A DNA stretch of 61,976 nt, filler included, from Hausera hauseri (taxonomy: Eukaryota), in assembly GCA_046269625.1 (NCBI GenBank). It is 10 parts of 10 records of this genome, joined end to end, with 100 filler letters (N's around TTAATTAATTAA, not from the genome) between each part and the next. Parts side by side here need not be neighbours in the genome. Positions count along the whole stretch, not along the records: positions 12,980 to 17,570 come from JBJURY010514682.1; positions 17,671 to 25,678 come from JBJURY010824305.1; positions 25,779 to 30,524 come from JBJURY010452135.1; 7 more parts are not named here. One strand, written 5' to 3'. The notes below the pieces were generated by a model that was not told the origin of the DNA, did no database searches, and worked only from the letters and a program-made list of their open reading frames with translations. The translations under genes and the position numbers were made by a program. Below are positions 13,398-26,284 of the stretch, in pieces (the first letter of the stretch is position 1; each line of letters begins with the position of its first letter).

Positions 13398-14400
13398 TTA
13401 TTCAATGTGTCTTCCTTTGATGGCCACCACGATATCTAAACTAGACTGGAAGGCGCTGCAAGCCTTGACAATGGTGTTCTTGTTTAAGCGTTCCATCATA
13501 TCAGCAACAGCGATCTTTTTGTCATTTGGGGTATTGTGGGGTACCTTTTTAATTTTTTTCAACAACACCCTACACACTATAGTCTAGGGGTATGTAGTCT
13601 GGATAAATTGGGGGCCACAAGTCCAGTTATCAGTGATATTGAAGATTCTTTGTAAGCCAATCCTGAGTAGTCTTGGTTTTGTGGGGAGAGGCGTAGTCTT
13701 GCTGAAACACGTATTTGTGTCTTGATGATGTTCATTAAAAAGGATTGATGATGTTCATTAGCACATTAATATAGGAGTGGGCGTTGATCATGAATCCTTT
13801 AGCAAAAAGTTTGGAGGCATTAAATCACCTTCACTGCTAATATCACTTAGAGCCATGATGAAGGAAGGAACTTTGGTGTACATGATAATGGGAATCTGTT
13901 TTCGTTTTTTGCGGTCGTTTCGCCTGTTCACCTTCTGAACCTGTTGGAAAATTTTCGCACCAAAGAAAATTTTTAAAATGCCTGCGGTTTTGTGTTTAAG
14001 GTTATTCATCAAAGCGGCAGCTTTAATCTCACGTATCTCCTTCATAACAATTGTCAAGAAATGAGCTGCTTGGAAGTCATAGGATTTCATGCCTAAATCA
14101 ACTTTCATCGTCTTATAGATGGCCTTGTGATGCACACCCATGTCTTTGGCCATGGAACGCGTGGACTTGACTGTTTTTTTTATTTTTCTGGAAAGTGCAG
14201 TGACGAACGTCTCATCCCGCTTGGTGTTTGAGCGGCAAGCGTGTTTATTTCATGAGGCACAAAATCTTTCGTGATTTTCTGCAGAATCGTACGTCTTTTA
14301 TCCGGTAAGCAAGGCTCTTCGGGAGCTTCAGAAAATCCTAAATTTCCATGGATGACCTTTCAGCTCGAAGAGTTATAATAATGGCAGCTCACTTATCGTA
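13398..14400 (-). mobile_element. Degenerate DD37D (maT) Tc1/mariner-superfamily transposase
   Basis: YVFQQDYASPH...LWPPIYPDYIPLDYSV with exactly 37 codons between the last two Asp; C-terminus KGRHIE*; internal stops. Confidence 0.88.
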
Positions 14401-14862
14401 TTTAGAGGCCAAATTTGAAAGAAGGAAATCGTAATAATAGCGTTTCTTCAAAGTATAACAATTAAATAGAATAAAATGAGCGTTAATCAGTAGTTTTATA
14501 AAAATGTCAATACTTACATATATCGTAAAAATTACTGGATCCAATGCCTGCACAGCAGCAGCTACCTTCTGTACTGTATAATGTCTTATAACTGTGGTAG
14601 ACGTTTGTTTTTATTTACTGGCACCACCTCGTATATATGGTGGATTGGCCACCCATGCAGAATAAGATATTTCGTTATATATCTGATAGAGTTCATCAAT
14701 GGCGAGGGGAATAATCATTCTTTTTATAATTTTATTTATAATACTTATCAAGTTTATTTACCAATTTATCAATTTTAGTCTACAGAACGTTTGTTCTACG
14801 GAACAAAATTGAAATATATTTATGAGCGAAATACTTAAGTACAAAAATTTGATAAGGCACAG

Positions 14863-14969
14863 TGTGGGGAAATAACAATTTACACAAGAAAATCTTTATT
14901 TCAAAAATTCAGCACACGCGTCACTTCACGTATTTAAACAAAAAATTAAACATTATCAATAGTCTTACA
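14863..14969 (-). repeat. Putative 107-bp 3' LTR (TGTAAGA...CCCCACA) preceded by PPT AAGATGGGG (14970-14978)
   Basis: TGT...ACA termini, internal AATAAA, purine tract immediately 5', located just after the integrase. Confidence 0.65.
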
Positions 14970-17570
14970 CCCCATCTTGTTATCTAAAACATCGTCTGAT
15001 AGCCATTCTCTGAAGCGACTTGGAGATTTTCATGTTTCTTTTGAACGAAATCCCGAGTTTTCTTCCATTGGACTTGTTCCATGCTGATGGTTTTGAGTAA
15101 TATTTGCAGGCCTGATGTGACTCACATGTTTGGGAAATACATCTGCCTCAATCGTCGCATTAGCATTTGTTAATTGCGTAATCTGCGCTTGTGGCCAAAC
15201 ATCTGTGCATCTAGTGGGGATCGATTTCACATAACATTGATCTCCAACTGTGAAACTGTCTTTATCGGATACGTTACTCTGATTCTGATTCAACAAATTA
15301 TTTTCCAGGATGCGCGATTTTCTCTTGAAAATTACCGTTGAGGGTGGATCCCCATTTTTGTTGGCTTGACACTGTACCAGAATACCATATCTAGAACACT
15401 TTTACAGACTCTCTCTGACATACGCTTGACCGTCCTATGACAACGTTCAAAATCCCATTACCTTAGGGCTTCATGGCGCAGCGGAAGTGCATCTTGATAT
15501 TCCGTTTATTACTCATCTCCGCGAATCTATCCGTTCTGAAACTCAAGTAATTATCAATTAATATCTACTTTGGAGGACGGAATTCCCTGATAATGCTACT
15601 AAACTGACATATCAAAAGATTTACTCAATCATTGACCAAATATCTCCATATCGTGCATCTGTTCAGCCCGTAGTCTATTACCGTCAGGAATCGATTTCTC
15701 CAGTAATGCGTCACGCCAACATCTAATCTTCTTCACGTGTACTGACTGTTTAATCATCCCTTTCCCCACACAATAGGATTCGGATCAATCGATAGACACT
15801 TCTGACAATTTTTAATTTCCCGGCGAATCTCGTCTATCGTCGCAGCTAAATTTGGCTGCGTCTCTTTCAAGACTTACTTTGCATTTTTCCTTATTGCATG
15901 AGCAACATAGTCGTAGGACGGTTGCTTCGCGTGCCTGTGCTGCACATTTTGAAATTCCAGCTTACAGCGATATTAACTCCTTTTATGACGGCTTCCAGCT
16001 CAACTATATTTATATGACTGACGTCTGTTTCCTTTCGTAGCCAGATTTCATCTTCGACAGTTTCGTTTCCCACTTCAATACACATTCCGGTTGTGAAACT
16101 GCTTGCGTTGTACCAGACTTTACAGGTTTTTAATACATCAACTTCCCATCTTCCACGTACTGGATCTTCCCTATGCACTTTTAATACTATTTCGCGAAGC
16201 CAATTCGTTGACCAACTTACTTGCCCAATTTAGTCCATTCACCGATTGTTTCAAAAAGCTGCACTAAGGTTTCAACCATGCACATATAGGGTAATGACCA
16301 ACCAATTTTCCACAAATAGAAAATACTTCTCACTTCGTCAATGAATCTGTTATGTAAGAAATCTGTATGACAAAATTATCCCGTTTCCACAAGATCGTAT
16401 TATTTCGATGACCAAGTCGAAATTCCAGAACTCTGTTATTGCATAGCTCGGTTGGCATCTTGCATTCGAGTCAGAATATTTCTAATCAGTCCTTTACTGT
16501 TACCTTGGTGATCGCGTCTTCATTTGCCTCCATATTATCAATATAAGAGTCCGTTCCTTCAGCCATCTTCGTATCAGTCATTCAACAATTTTTTATCAAC
16601 AATTTTTTCAATGATTTTCGGTGTAACGTTAATCCGCATCCCAAATTCGTTAAGCAATATCTATTTTTCTTGTACTGGACAGCTTGGTATTTCCACATTG
16701 AACTGTCTATATGAATTTTCATATATGTATCTCTAAGATCTAACATTTAAAGTTTATTGATCATCTTTCTCCATTTACATAATCTTTAATTGCAGGCTAC
16801 AGTTTTCCTCTTGTGCAGCAAAACAAAGTCATTTAATTTCCGATCATCTAACACCGGCCGAATTTTGTTTTCATTTTCTTGCATCATCCTCATTAACGGT
16901 AAAAATACCCTACATTTCCCGCTATAACGAAGCAACCAACTCTTATCCATCCACCATTCTATTTCTTTCTCAAAATCAATTACGACCCACTTTGGCATAG
17001 TGTAATTGCTTACGGTTCTGTGCAAACATAGTTCGTCTTCGGTATTCAAATTTTATTTAACGATTCGCGAACCAGACAAAAACATAGCTGTAAAATCTAC
17101 ATCTTCTATAACAATTACATTAGTAAATAGCGAAAGCCATTTCAACGAAAACTTTACCCAACGATACTTCGCCTCTCGAATTGATATTCAGGCCACCAAC
17201 AGCAGTCACAAAATTCATTCCTAACACTGCATCCACTCCAGGAAGAGATTTAACTACTGAGGAAGGAACTCTAACTTTCACATCTCCTACAATGACTTCG
17301 CAATTACACATTCCGGTGCTGTTCAGTATCTTCCCACTCATAACAGTCACTTTTTCAGGTCAAAGTAACAGTCTCGGTTTCCGATAAATTTTTGGATAAT
17401 AAAAGTATACGATCTACTCGTGTTAATCAGAGCTGGATTTCTAAAATAATTAATTGTACAATGACATATTGGTAGCTGAAGAGAATTATTGGTTGTGAAC
17501 CACCCCTGATACTCAAGGATATTTCCCGACGTCGTTTTCCTGTTTCCGTTCAGGGAAGTTTCTTTGCCAG
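14863..17570 (-). mobile_element. Degenerate gypsy-type LTR retrotransposon (PR-RT-RH-IN) with 3' LTR
   Basis: Protease region VKSLPGVDAVLGMNFV, RT LPLMRMMQENENKIRPVLDDRKLN, RNase H WYNASS...HINIVELEAVIKGVN, integrase remnants at ~15300-15800, then PPT and LTR. Confidence 0.8.
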
Positions 17571-17751
17571 NNNNNNNNNNNNNNNNNNNNNNNNNNNNNN
17601 NNNNNNNNNNNNNNTTAATTAATTAANNNNNNNNNNNNNNNNNNNNNNNNNNNNNNNNNNNNNNNNNNNNTTTCGATTCTAACCAAGGATATGTATTTAT
17701 ATATCAAGTTGTATCGTGAAAAATTATATATTTAAATTTTTATTTTTTTTG

Positions 17752-17810
17752 GAACTATATGACGGCACTACGTCTATAGTTCAATGAATATATTTATGGT
17801 TTTCTCTGTA
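17752..17810. repeat. Partial copy of the 22542-22630 MITE, internal segment inverted
   Basis: ACTATATGACGGCACTACGTCTATAGTTCAATGAATATATTTATGGTTTTCTCTGTA matches the reverse complement of the full copy. Confidence 0.85.
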
Positions 17811-19666
17811 CTATCCAAAATATGTTAAATCGATTTTTAAAAAGTATTACTAAAATATTTTCAAATGGCACATACTGTTGAAATAGGATATATATGAGGA
17901 TATAATTGAGTTTTTGAAAACCAGTAATTATTTTTTGATTAGACAGCGAGAACCCAATCAAAGGACAGGTGGTTTTACTAGAAACAATTAATTCTATTGG
18001 AATTTCTACCTTGATGTTAAATATTGTGTTGGTGTTTTGCCAATATTTATTTATTACTAAGAGTTGATTGTCGTTGAATTCAAAGGCAAAGCGAATTTTC
18101 GATAAAATGCTTCTAATCACGCAAACTAATGAAATTAAAAAAAACAAAATCTCCTTTTGAACTTGTTCAGTATCCCCCTTATATGGATGAATCAGCTTTC
18201 TAATAATGTGTAATTTAATGGTAAATTTTTGGGTTACATATTCATTGTATGCCGTTTAAAGTTGCAATAGATTGTCGATAAAAATAGATTGTACGATTAA
18301 AAATATTGGCCAAACCATTGACGAACATTTTATCAAAGCTCAAAACTATTATGGGTGGGTTTCATTGCGAATTATTTTAATATTAATATTTGAAATAAAA
18401 TTTACCACTTCCCTGATTTAAAACAAGTTTCACATTATGTCATTAGCTGCTTATAAACACACAGTAATGTTCATATTTAGACGACATTTAATTGATTCAT
18501 CAATCATATTTTAGTATGCTTTCACTGAATTACAAATATTTTTGGTAAACACAAATCTTCAGAGTATTTAAATAGATGTCAACTAGGATTTCTATCCGTT
18601 TTATATAAATGACCATTGTAACTAAAATCGTTTAAAATTTGTACATCAAAATTTACACCGTAAATGCTGTCAGCAAATCAAACGAAAGAAAACCCACTAA
18701 TTAATCAAAGAACAAAGTTTGAATTTGCTAGTGCATTTTGCATCTTACGGATTTCTAATCCAAAAAATGAAGATATTCTACAAAGAGACCTGTGATACAA
18801 TGATTTAATTATAATTACTTTGTAAATGAAGTTCATGGAATAATAATTATCTTGTGCCTAAAAATTCACTCATAATAAATACAGGAAAAATTTTAATGCA
18901 ACACAATTCCTATGAACATTAATTTGATAAATTAAATCAATTATGAATTATCGAGTGCTTGTAATATTCAAAACAACAATTTTTGTAATAAATAACATTG
19001 AACATAACCGATTTCGTTTTTAAATAGGCTGAGCATAAGCATTACTAAAAATATTACTTTAACTACAGTTTAAGAGTTTCATTAATGGTAAATGCGGGTT
19101 TATTGTTAATGTAAATGAAATATATTGAAAGCATAACGACAAACATAATTTCAACGTCATGTAAAATTTGTTTTAAAATAATGTAAAATTTCCAAATAAC
19201 TTATGACTGTTTATCTCAATAGTCCAGTCTAGGATTTGAAGAAATTCAGACAACGTAATGTTTGTAAAAATTATTTTGCTTTATTATCGATAGACATTTA
19301 GTGTCTCCCAAGAATGTAAAAACATTAATTGAATACTTGCGAACAAAGGATTCAGTAAAGAAAACTATTTTGCCATAAAATATTTTAACATAGTAAAACT
19401 TCTAACGTGAAATTAAAAATCAGTTTGTTCTAACATTACGAGAAATAATGTGACTAGAATTTCTTTTTGAAAATTAATTTGATTTTGGAATTATTTTTAC
19501 ATTTTTATCACGTTTAATATATTGCAACACAATAAACATATTACGTTTCGGTATATTTAACATTTAATATATTGCAAAACAATATACATATTACGTTGCG
19601 GTATATTGCGTAGAGTATATAAGGAAGTGTTTGTCACTTTTTACAACGACAAACTACAGAAGTAAA

Positions 19667-20829
19667 ATGGACAAACAACAGAAAGAAAACAACAATGTGG
19701 AGGAAGACATTTTTTATAATCCAGCAGATGAGTGTCGGTTGACACAATCGAGTGTACCAGATTATGAACCGGCACAGAATGGTAAGTATGTTTTGATAAG
19801 TAATGTTGAAAATAACTTTTGATTAGGCAAAGAACTTGAACAATGCAGCAATTTAACGCAGCAGTTAATCGAGACTGCAATGACTATTGGTATGTTATAA
19901 AATTATTATAAAGTAAAATAATGTTTAATTTAGACCCTGTTGATTTGGATGTTGCAGATATAAGTCAGTTGCGACAAGATATGGCACTGACTATATCCGA
20001 CAATGAAGAAGAGTTTGTGGCACCAGAGCCAGTGAAAAAGGTTATCAAGAGACTAGTTGAGCCAGCTAGTTTACAGGTCAGGATGACCAAAAAGAGGCAA
20101 CAAGAAGTGGAAACAGCCGAAGCAGAAGGTCGGAACACACAAGAAAGGAAAGAAATAAGGCAAAAGATGATTGCCAAATTTCATAAGGAATATGAGCGAA
20201 GAAGACAGAACAGGCTAAAGGGAAAGTTGCAAAGTGGTGAAGTTTTAGAGATGGTAAAGTTGGACAGCACAAATGAGCCCAAACTCCATGTTAACCTTGA
20301 AAAAAGGTTCGAGATCAGAACCAAAGTGCCGCAGAATAATGAATTGGAACGAAAATTGGAGGAAATGAAAAGACGTTATGAAGAAAGTAGAAGGGAATGT
20401 GAAGAGTTGAGGAAGCTGAATGAAAGACTGTCAGAGCAAAATGGACACTTCCAGAAGGTGATGGAAAATCAGGGGAAAGTGATAACAAAATATCGGAAGG
20501 AGGAACGGGAGCGAAAGGAGGAGGAGGAGAAACGTAAACGGGCTGAATGTACTAAATCACATGCATTAACAGTGTTATCTGAGTCATTTCAAATAGAATG
20601 TTTGGACAACAAGGAAGATTTTGGAATGATGGCAGTACCTGTGACCATGGACAAAGGAAATCAAGTAGAGGGAGAATCAGTACATATGGTCCCACATGAA
20701 GTTCAAGTGGGTGGAAGTGTAGAAGGATGGACATGCGTTGGAACACAAACAGAGAAGGAGAAGGAGAAGAAAGAGAATGCTGCAATTATTTACAAGAATT
20801 GCAAAATTGTAAATAAATACTGTAAATAG
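19667..20829 (+). CDS. Two-exon unidentified coiled-coil protein (~336 aa; exons 19667-19781, 19934-20829)
   Basis: TATATAA at ~19616, ATG at 19667, phase-1 G|GTAAGT...TTTAG|AC intron that restores the frame, E/K/R-rich heptads, AATAAA near the stop. Confidence 0.7.
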
Positions 20830-22541
20830 TGTTGTAAATAATATTTGTAAATAGATATATTTGTTTTTCTTGTTTATGATTTTGTCTTTATTGGCAACAG
20901 TTTATGGTTGAACAGTTGGAATGGATGCTGTCGACCATATAATGAAAACGTCGTATGTTATCTTTTGAATAAATACCGCATTTCCCTCGCTACCGTTCAG
21001 CACACCAATGACTTGCGCTAGATGTTCATATTAAAATAGAAATGGCTTATTTTGTTGCATATTTTGGTACAACACGCTGGTGAATGTAGAATAATGCAAC
21101 GAAACTGTAAAGACTACTGGGGGATATTGCACGTGCCAACATTTATCGACGTTAAATTTGGACACTAATTATTACACAGACGAATAACTTGGCATTTAAA
21201 ATAATATTTCAACAAAGAACATTTTGCCATCATCAAATAGGAGAATTGTCATTGTGTCAATAAGAAATCATAAAAATAAAATTATTTAACAAATAACGGA
21301 AGTTCATTTTCATTGTTGACAGAATTACCGAATAATCATCATTAACAATTTCTATATCCGTGAAAAATTAATATTGACAAATTCATAAAATAATTCCCAC
21401 ATTTACACCAGTTGAGATATTTTCCACTTATTAACTTACCAAATGATTCCATAAATAATCATTCATTAAACATACCAAATTACCAATGAAAAATGTCTTA
21501 CGATCTCAATAATTTCCATTGAATGTATCGAATTATCGTTAAACTTTCCATGATAATTCAACGCATGCAAAGATACCTATGATTGCAAATACTTGCTCTG
21601 TCGATGTTGTGCATATGAGTGTAATGATGGTAACTCAGAGTTCATCTAAAGCTACTGTATCTACTAATATATTGGAATGTATAATGCAGATATATTGACT
21701 ATGAGAAACAAGCAAATTATATTCCACTGTTGTGTTATCGAAAACCTTTCACAGAAAATCTATAATCTATCACAACAAAATAATGGAGAATAACGGAAGG
21801 TTTCATATTTATACACAAACAACAAAGACCGTACGGTGATTTCATAATAATAAATGAACTTTGCCATAGTTAAATAAATAACTTCAGATTCAGTTTAAAC
21901 TCTACCTAATGATGAATTCTGTCTGATAATAATACTAGCTAAAACAAAAATAGTATCGTATTTAAGCCAATCAAATTCCAGTAAAATGACTAAAATAGCC
22001 GATTTATATGTATTTCGTACTTACAATTCAAATGCAGAAATTTTGTCATTTAAATATCACGGATAAATTGTTAAATAAAGTCTTCTGAAATTACAAATAC
22101 AGTACTGAAATGTTCATTCATTCATTAACATTCGAAGATTGTTTTATTTAAAAGAAGCCGAACGTAAAATTACACTTTCCGATAGTAATAATTATAGACT
22201 ATTAGCATAAGAGTAACCATTTACCAGCTAAAAATAATCCATGAAATCTGGAAAATTCATGAACAAATAATGTAGTTCCCATGCAGAAAACGAATAACTT
22301 TAAACTGACAAAGTGATTCAACAGTAAACAAATTACTCATTAATAAAAGTAAAATACATTATGAAGTTAAATATAATCAAATCTTTAAAAATGTAAAAAT
22401 AATTCCAAAATCAAATTAATTTTCCTTAACATAAATTCATATAGTCTTATTAAAAATGGCTCCAATCAATAATTAAAAATAGTAATTAAATAGATATCCT
22501 ATTAACAATTTCCCTTAATTCAAAATAACAATCTAATCAAA

Positions 22542-22630
22542 TACAGAGAAAACCATAACTATATATTCATTGAACTGTAGACGTAGTGCCGTCATATAGT
22601 TCAATGAATATATTTATGGTTTTCTCTGTA
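22542..22630. mobile_element. ~85-bp hairpin MITE with TA flanks (Tc1/mariner-type)
   Basis: TA-CAGAGAAAACCATA..ATATATTCATTGAACT [21-nt spacer] AGTTCAATGAATATATTTATGGTTTTCTCTG-TA. Confidence 0.85.
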
Positions 22631-22665
22631 TGTACATAACAAAGTCAGAATGAGAAAAAAATTAC

Positions 22666-23557
22666 CAATGAAATTATTTGCTTCGTTGTAATAAGCACGC
22701 ATATCTTGCTTATTACAGTCAGCAGCTGAAAGACGTTTATAACAGAAAAGCTTTTCATGATATAAAGGAACGTTGACTGTAACATTCAGAATATGAGTTA
22801 TTTGCTTCTCTTGCAAAATATGGAGATTATTCGAATCCGTTTCATTGCCTATTGAAAAAGAAATTCATTTAAAAAATTAAATATTACCATCTACAATGTA
22901 AAAATATAGTTACGTAGTTACTAAAAACAGACGATACAATTATAAATCAATAGACATCCATTACGACAAATACGTGATAGTTTTACGATGGAAGAGTAAT
23001 AATAAAATTACCTAAGTAAAGAAACGGCAATATTTCTGTCATTGGAGAGTTAAGTACATCTGTTAATTTATTTAATTCATTTGTTGGATTGTAATGGTTT
23101 TCGTCAAATTTAATCTCAAGTATACCCGATATAATAATTTCTTTAGGTGAATATTTAACAAATTCTTCAAATCCTCCTAAACAAATAACTTTTTCATTAC
23201 CTTTTGTATTGAATGTTAATTTTATAACGAAGATAACAAGAACAAAACAACAGTACCTTTCAAGAAATAGACATCACTAAAACTACATTTGATACATTCG
23301 ATGAAATTTTTAATCAGTGCAGTTTTGTCTCCTTTTTGATTATAAACCACAATAAGATCACAACATTTTATCCGTTTTGAAAACGTTTTCCACTTTTTCT
23401 CTGCACTCAACATCATAGCTCGAGTAGTACAATTAAACAATCCAGCATCTTTCACGTGACCATTTTTAAACAATCGAGCTTCTCGTGTATCAATAAAAGT
23501 AATCGAATTTGATTTCAGTTTATCGACAACAGTCTGGGGCGTTATTTGAAAATTAAC
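22666..23557 (-). CDS. MAP kinase phosphatase (rhodanese + DSP domain), partial; exons 23557-23257, 23176-23012, 22848-22666
   Basis: Spliced translation FIDTR...GHVKDAGLFNC...VYFLKG|GFEEF...PMTEILPFLYLG|NETDSNN...ITHILNVT...YKRLSAADCNKQDMRAYYNEANNFI. GT-AG introns of 80 and 163 nt with consistent phase. Catalytic HCxxGxSR exon not found. Confidence 0.88.
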
Positions 23558-26284
23558 TGAAGAAAATTTACAAAAAATACTTTACCAGCAGTTAAAATCT
23601 GATGTATTTCGATTCTTTACAAAAACCTTTTCCGGATTGTAATTATTTTCAATTATTTTAAAAACTGAACGTTCCGATTCAATATCTCTTGTTGAAATAT
23701 TAAATTTATTTCCATTTATTGGATTTTCGTTTGTTTCTTTCTTGATTAATTCATATTCGTTCTTGCCGGATATATTTTCATTTCAATTATGTACATCTGT
23801 AACACTCATTGATAGAATTGATTAAATTCACGATGAAAAGATATCGTATGTCATAACTGCAGATTTAACATATTTTTGTTATTGTAAGTGTCACTTTTCG
23901 TCAGATTTTTGGCAACTTGTGGACTTAACAATATATAATTCAATTACCAATGGGTTGCCTAATTAATTTAGTATTTTTGGACTGATTTTGCTATAACATT
24001 TTATATGAGAAATATTTTTTCATTTCAGCGATGTTTTTTGAAACTAGTAAATGCTTTATGCTCGAAATAATCGTATTTTTAATTCAAAACGATGTGATAT
24101 TTATATGCATCATCATCAACAACATCATAGATATCATCGCTTTTTATGAAATATTAATTTGATGAAGTTTGGTGATTTTTTGATTTTAGCGTTACGAAAG
24201 CGGAAAAGTCATTTGATACTGCTAAATTATTTTGACTAATTAGCACTCACAAAGAGTATGAATATTTTCGTTCCTTTTCTCCAGCTAATATTCTTTTAAT
24301 ATTCGATTTATAATTATTTTTTTGATGACTTGCTAAAATAAACGAATATCAAATGAATATTCAGCCTATACTTTATGCTCAATGATGTAAATATGGGCAT
24401 TCCTGATATCCCAAAAGATATGAACCCCTAATGTTCCTCAGCTTAGACCAATTAAGGATTTTTGGTCTCATTTCAAACGTTTGGTCTACTCTAATAATTT
24501 TCAAGCCAAAAATTCAGATTCTTTGATAAGGAAGGCAAGATCAGTCCTCAGGAAAATACCTACATCTTCCTTTTATGGATGTGAATTGGTCAATTACAGT
24601 CCAATATATTTCATAATTCTTAGCACACTTATTCTTATTCTGAATTACTTTTCTTTTCATACGATTCAATTGTGTAACGTTTTAGAGCATGTATATTATT
24701 ATTTCAACTTGTAACTTTATTTAAATATTCATAAAAGAATGGCCAAAGGAAGTTTAACAAAAACATCTCAAATGATTAGAGTATTTAAAATCGAATACAC
24801 CTATATTATGCCATAGTCGTAAAATTGTCTTTTTGATACACAATTTTGCAAAATACAATAGAATTTCTTTATAACGACCTCGGAAACAAGAACAACTCGG
24901 TTATAACGAACCTTCAATGACAGTCCTAATGATTTCATCTATAAAAGTTGAGTGATGCGACATCTTGAATATATTTTATTCCGCCAAAACTTTCCTGCTT
25001 TTCAGCCGATCTTTAAATGTCTTAATCAATAGGAGTTCGCGTAACCTAACAATTTAAGCGTTCTACCTACCTGCAGAATTTGTAAATGTCTTTTTACCAA
25101 ACATGAAGCAAATAACTGCTTTCTTATAATAACCGGCTAACCTTGGTAGTCATGATAACAAACCCTGAATTCATTGTATGTTCCACAGACATAAATTCTC
25201 TCACATCCGATAAAATCTGTTTAATTCTTTCGAATTACAGCGTTGTAACAACCTTCCTGACGTTGTATGGTAATCCGGTGATGAAAAAAACCATTGCAAT
25301 AATCTGTTTCCAATAATCGCGACTAATATTCAGATGTTTCCAGCAAAGGCATCAACATTTTCTCCGATGCACAATTTTGCATTAACTAGTCTTGAGGACG
25401 CTTTGTAGGCGTTTAAATAAAATCTCGTAGTCTGAAATTCTGCTGCAATAAATTATTGGTAGACTTGAAATACATGGCTGTCGGGTATTACATTTGACGA
25501 GTCATTTGTTATGAATAATGCAAATATTTGTTGTGGAAATTGAATAAGTTAAATTAATATCGGTGGGATTTTTTATTTAGAAATATATTTATGTATTGCA
25601 GCAACAATGAGTGGATTGGGTACTACGAAATAATCCTGAAATTCATTGTAACCGATCGATTTTCTGAGCTCCATATTTNNNNNNNNNNNNNNNNNNNNNN
25701 NNNNNNNNNNNNNNNNNNNNNNTTAATTAATTAANNNNNNNNNNNNNNNNNNNNNNNNNNNNNNNNNNNNNNNNNNNNTCAGCCCTGTGTCTTCCTCATT
25801 ACACGTTCTATCCAACTGCCTTCTTCACCCATGAATGATGGGTTAACAACACTCCATTTTTTAAACTGGTAAATACTAAGATACTTTCCTCTTCCTTTAG
25901 TCTCATTTACAGTTTTGTATAGAAGTTTTGTAATATTTGTAAAGTCACTTCAAGCCTAAAGGTAGGTGTAGAGTTAATATGCACATTTTTCCTAAAAAGC
26001 GGCACGGCACATGATTGGATTATGTTGTCAGCACAACACCAGGCCATCTTTACATTCTTAGAGAATATCTCCGGTTCCAAATTTATGAGGGTGGGTGGAC
26101 TCCTGTAGTAATTGTGGTCAAAATCATTCAGCTGCTACAGCTGGAACTGAACTCACGACCATGTCATTGTAATGGAGTAACCTGTAACCACTATGCCACC
26201 ATGGTTAAACGATTTATAAACAATCTATACATGGATTTCAGTTTGGTTGCTTTTGCTATACTAAGTTGTTTGAAAACTTTACAG

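Noticed and set aside
24860-25678. Possible MULE/pogo transposon remnant
   Set aside because: Only faint motif echoes; too degraded to support a call.
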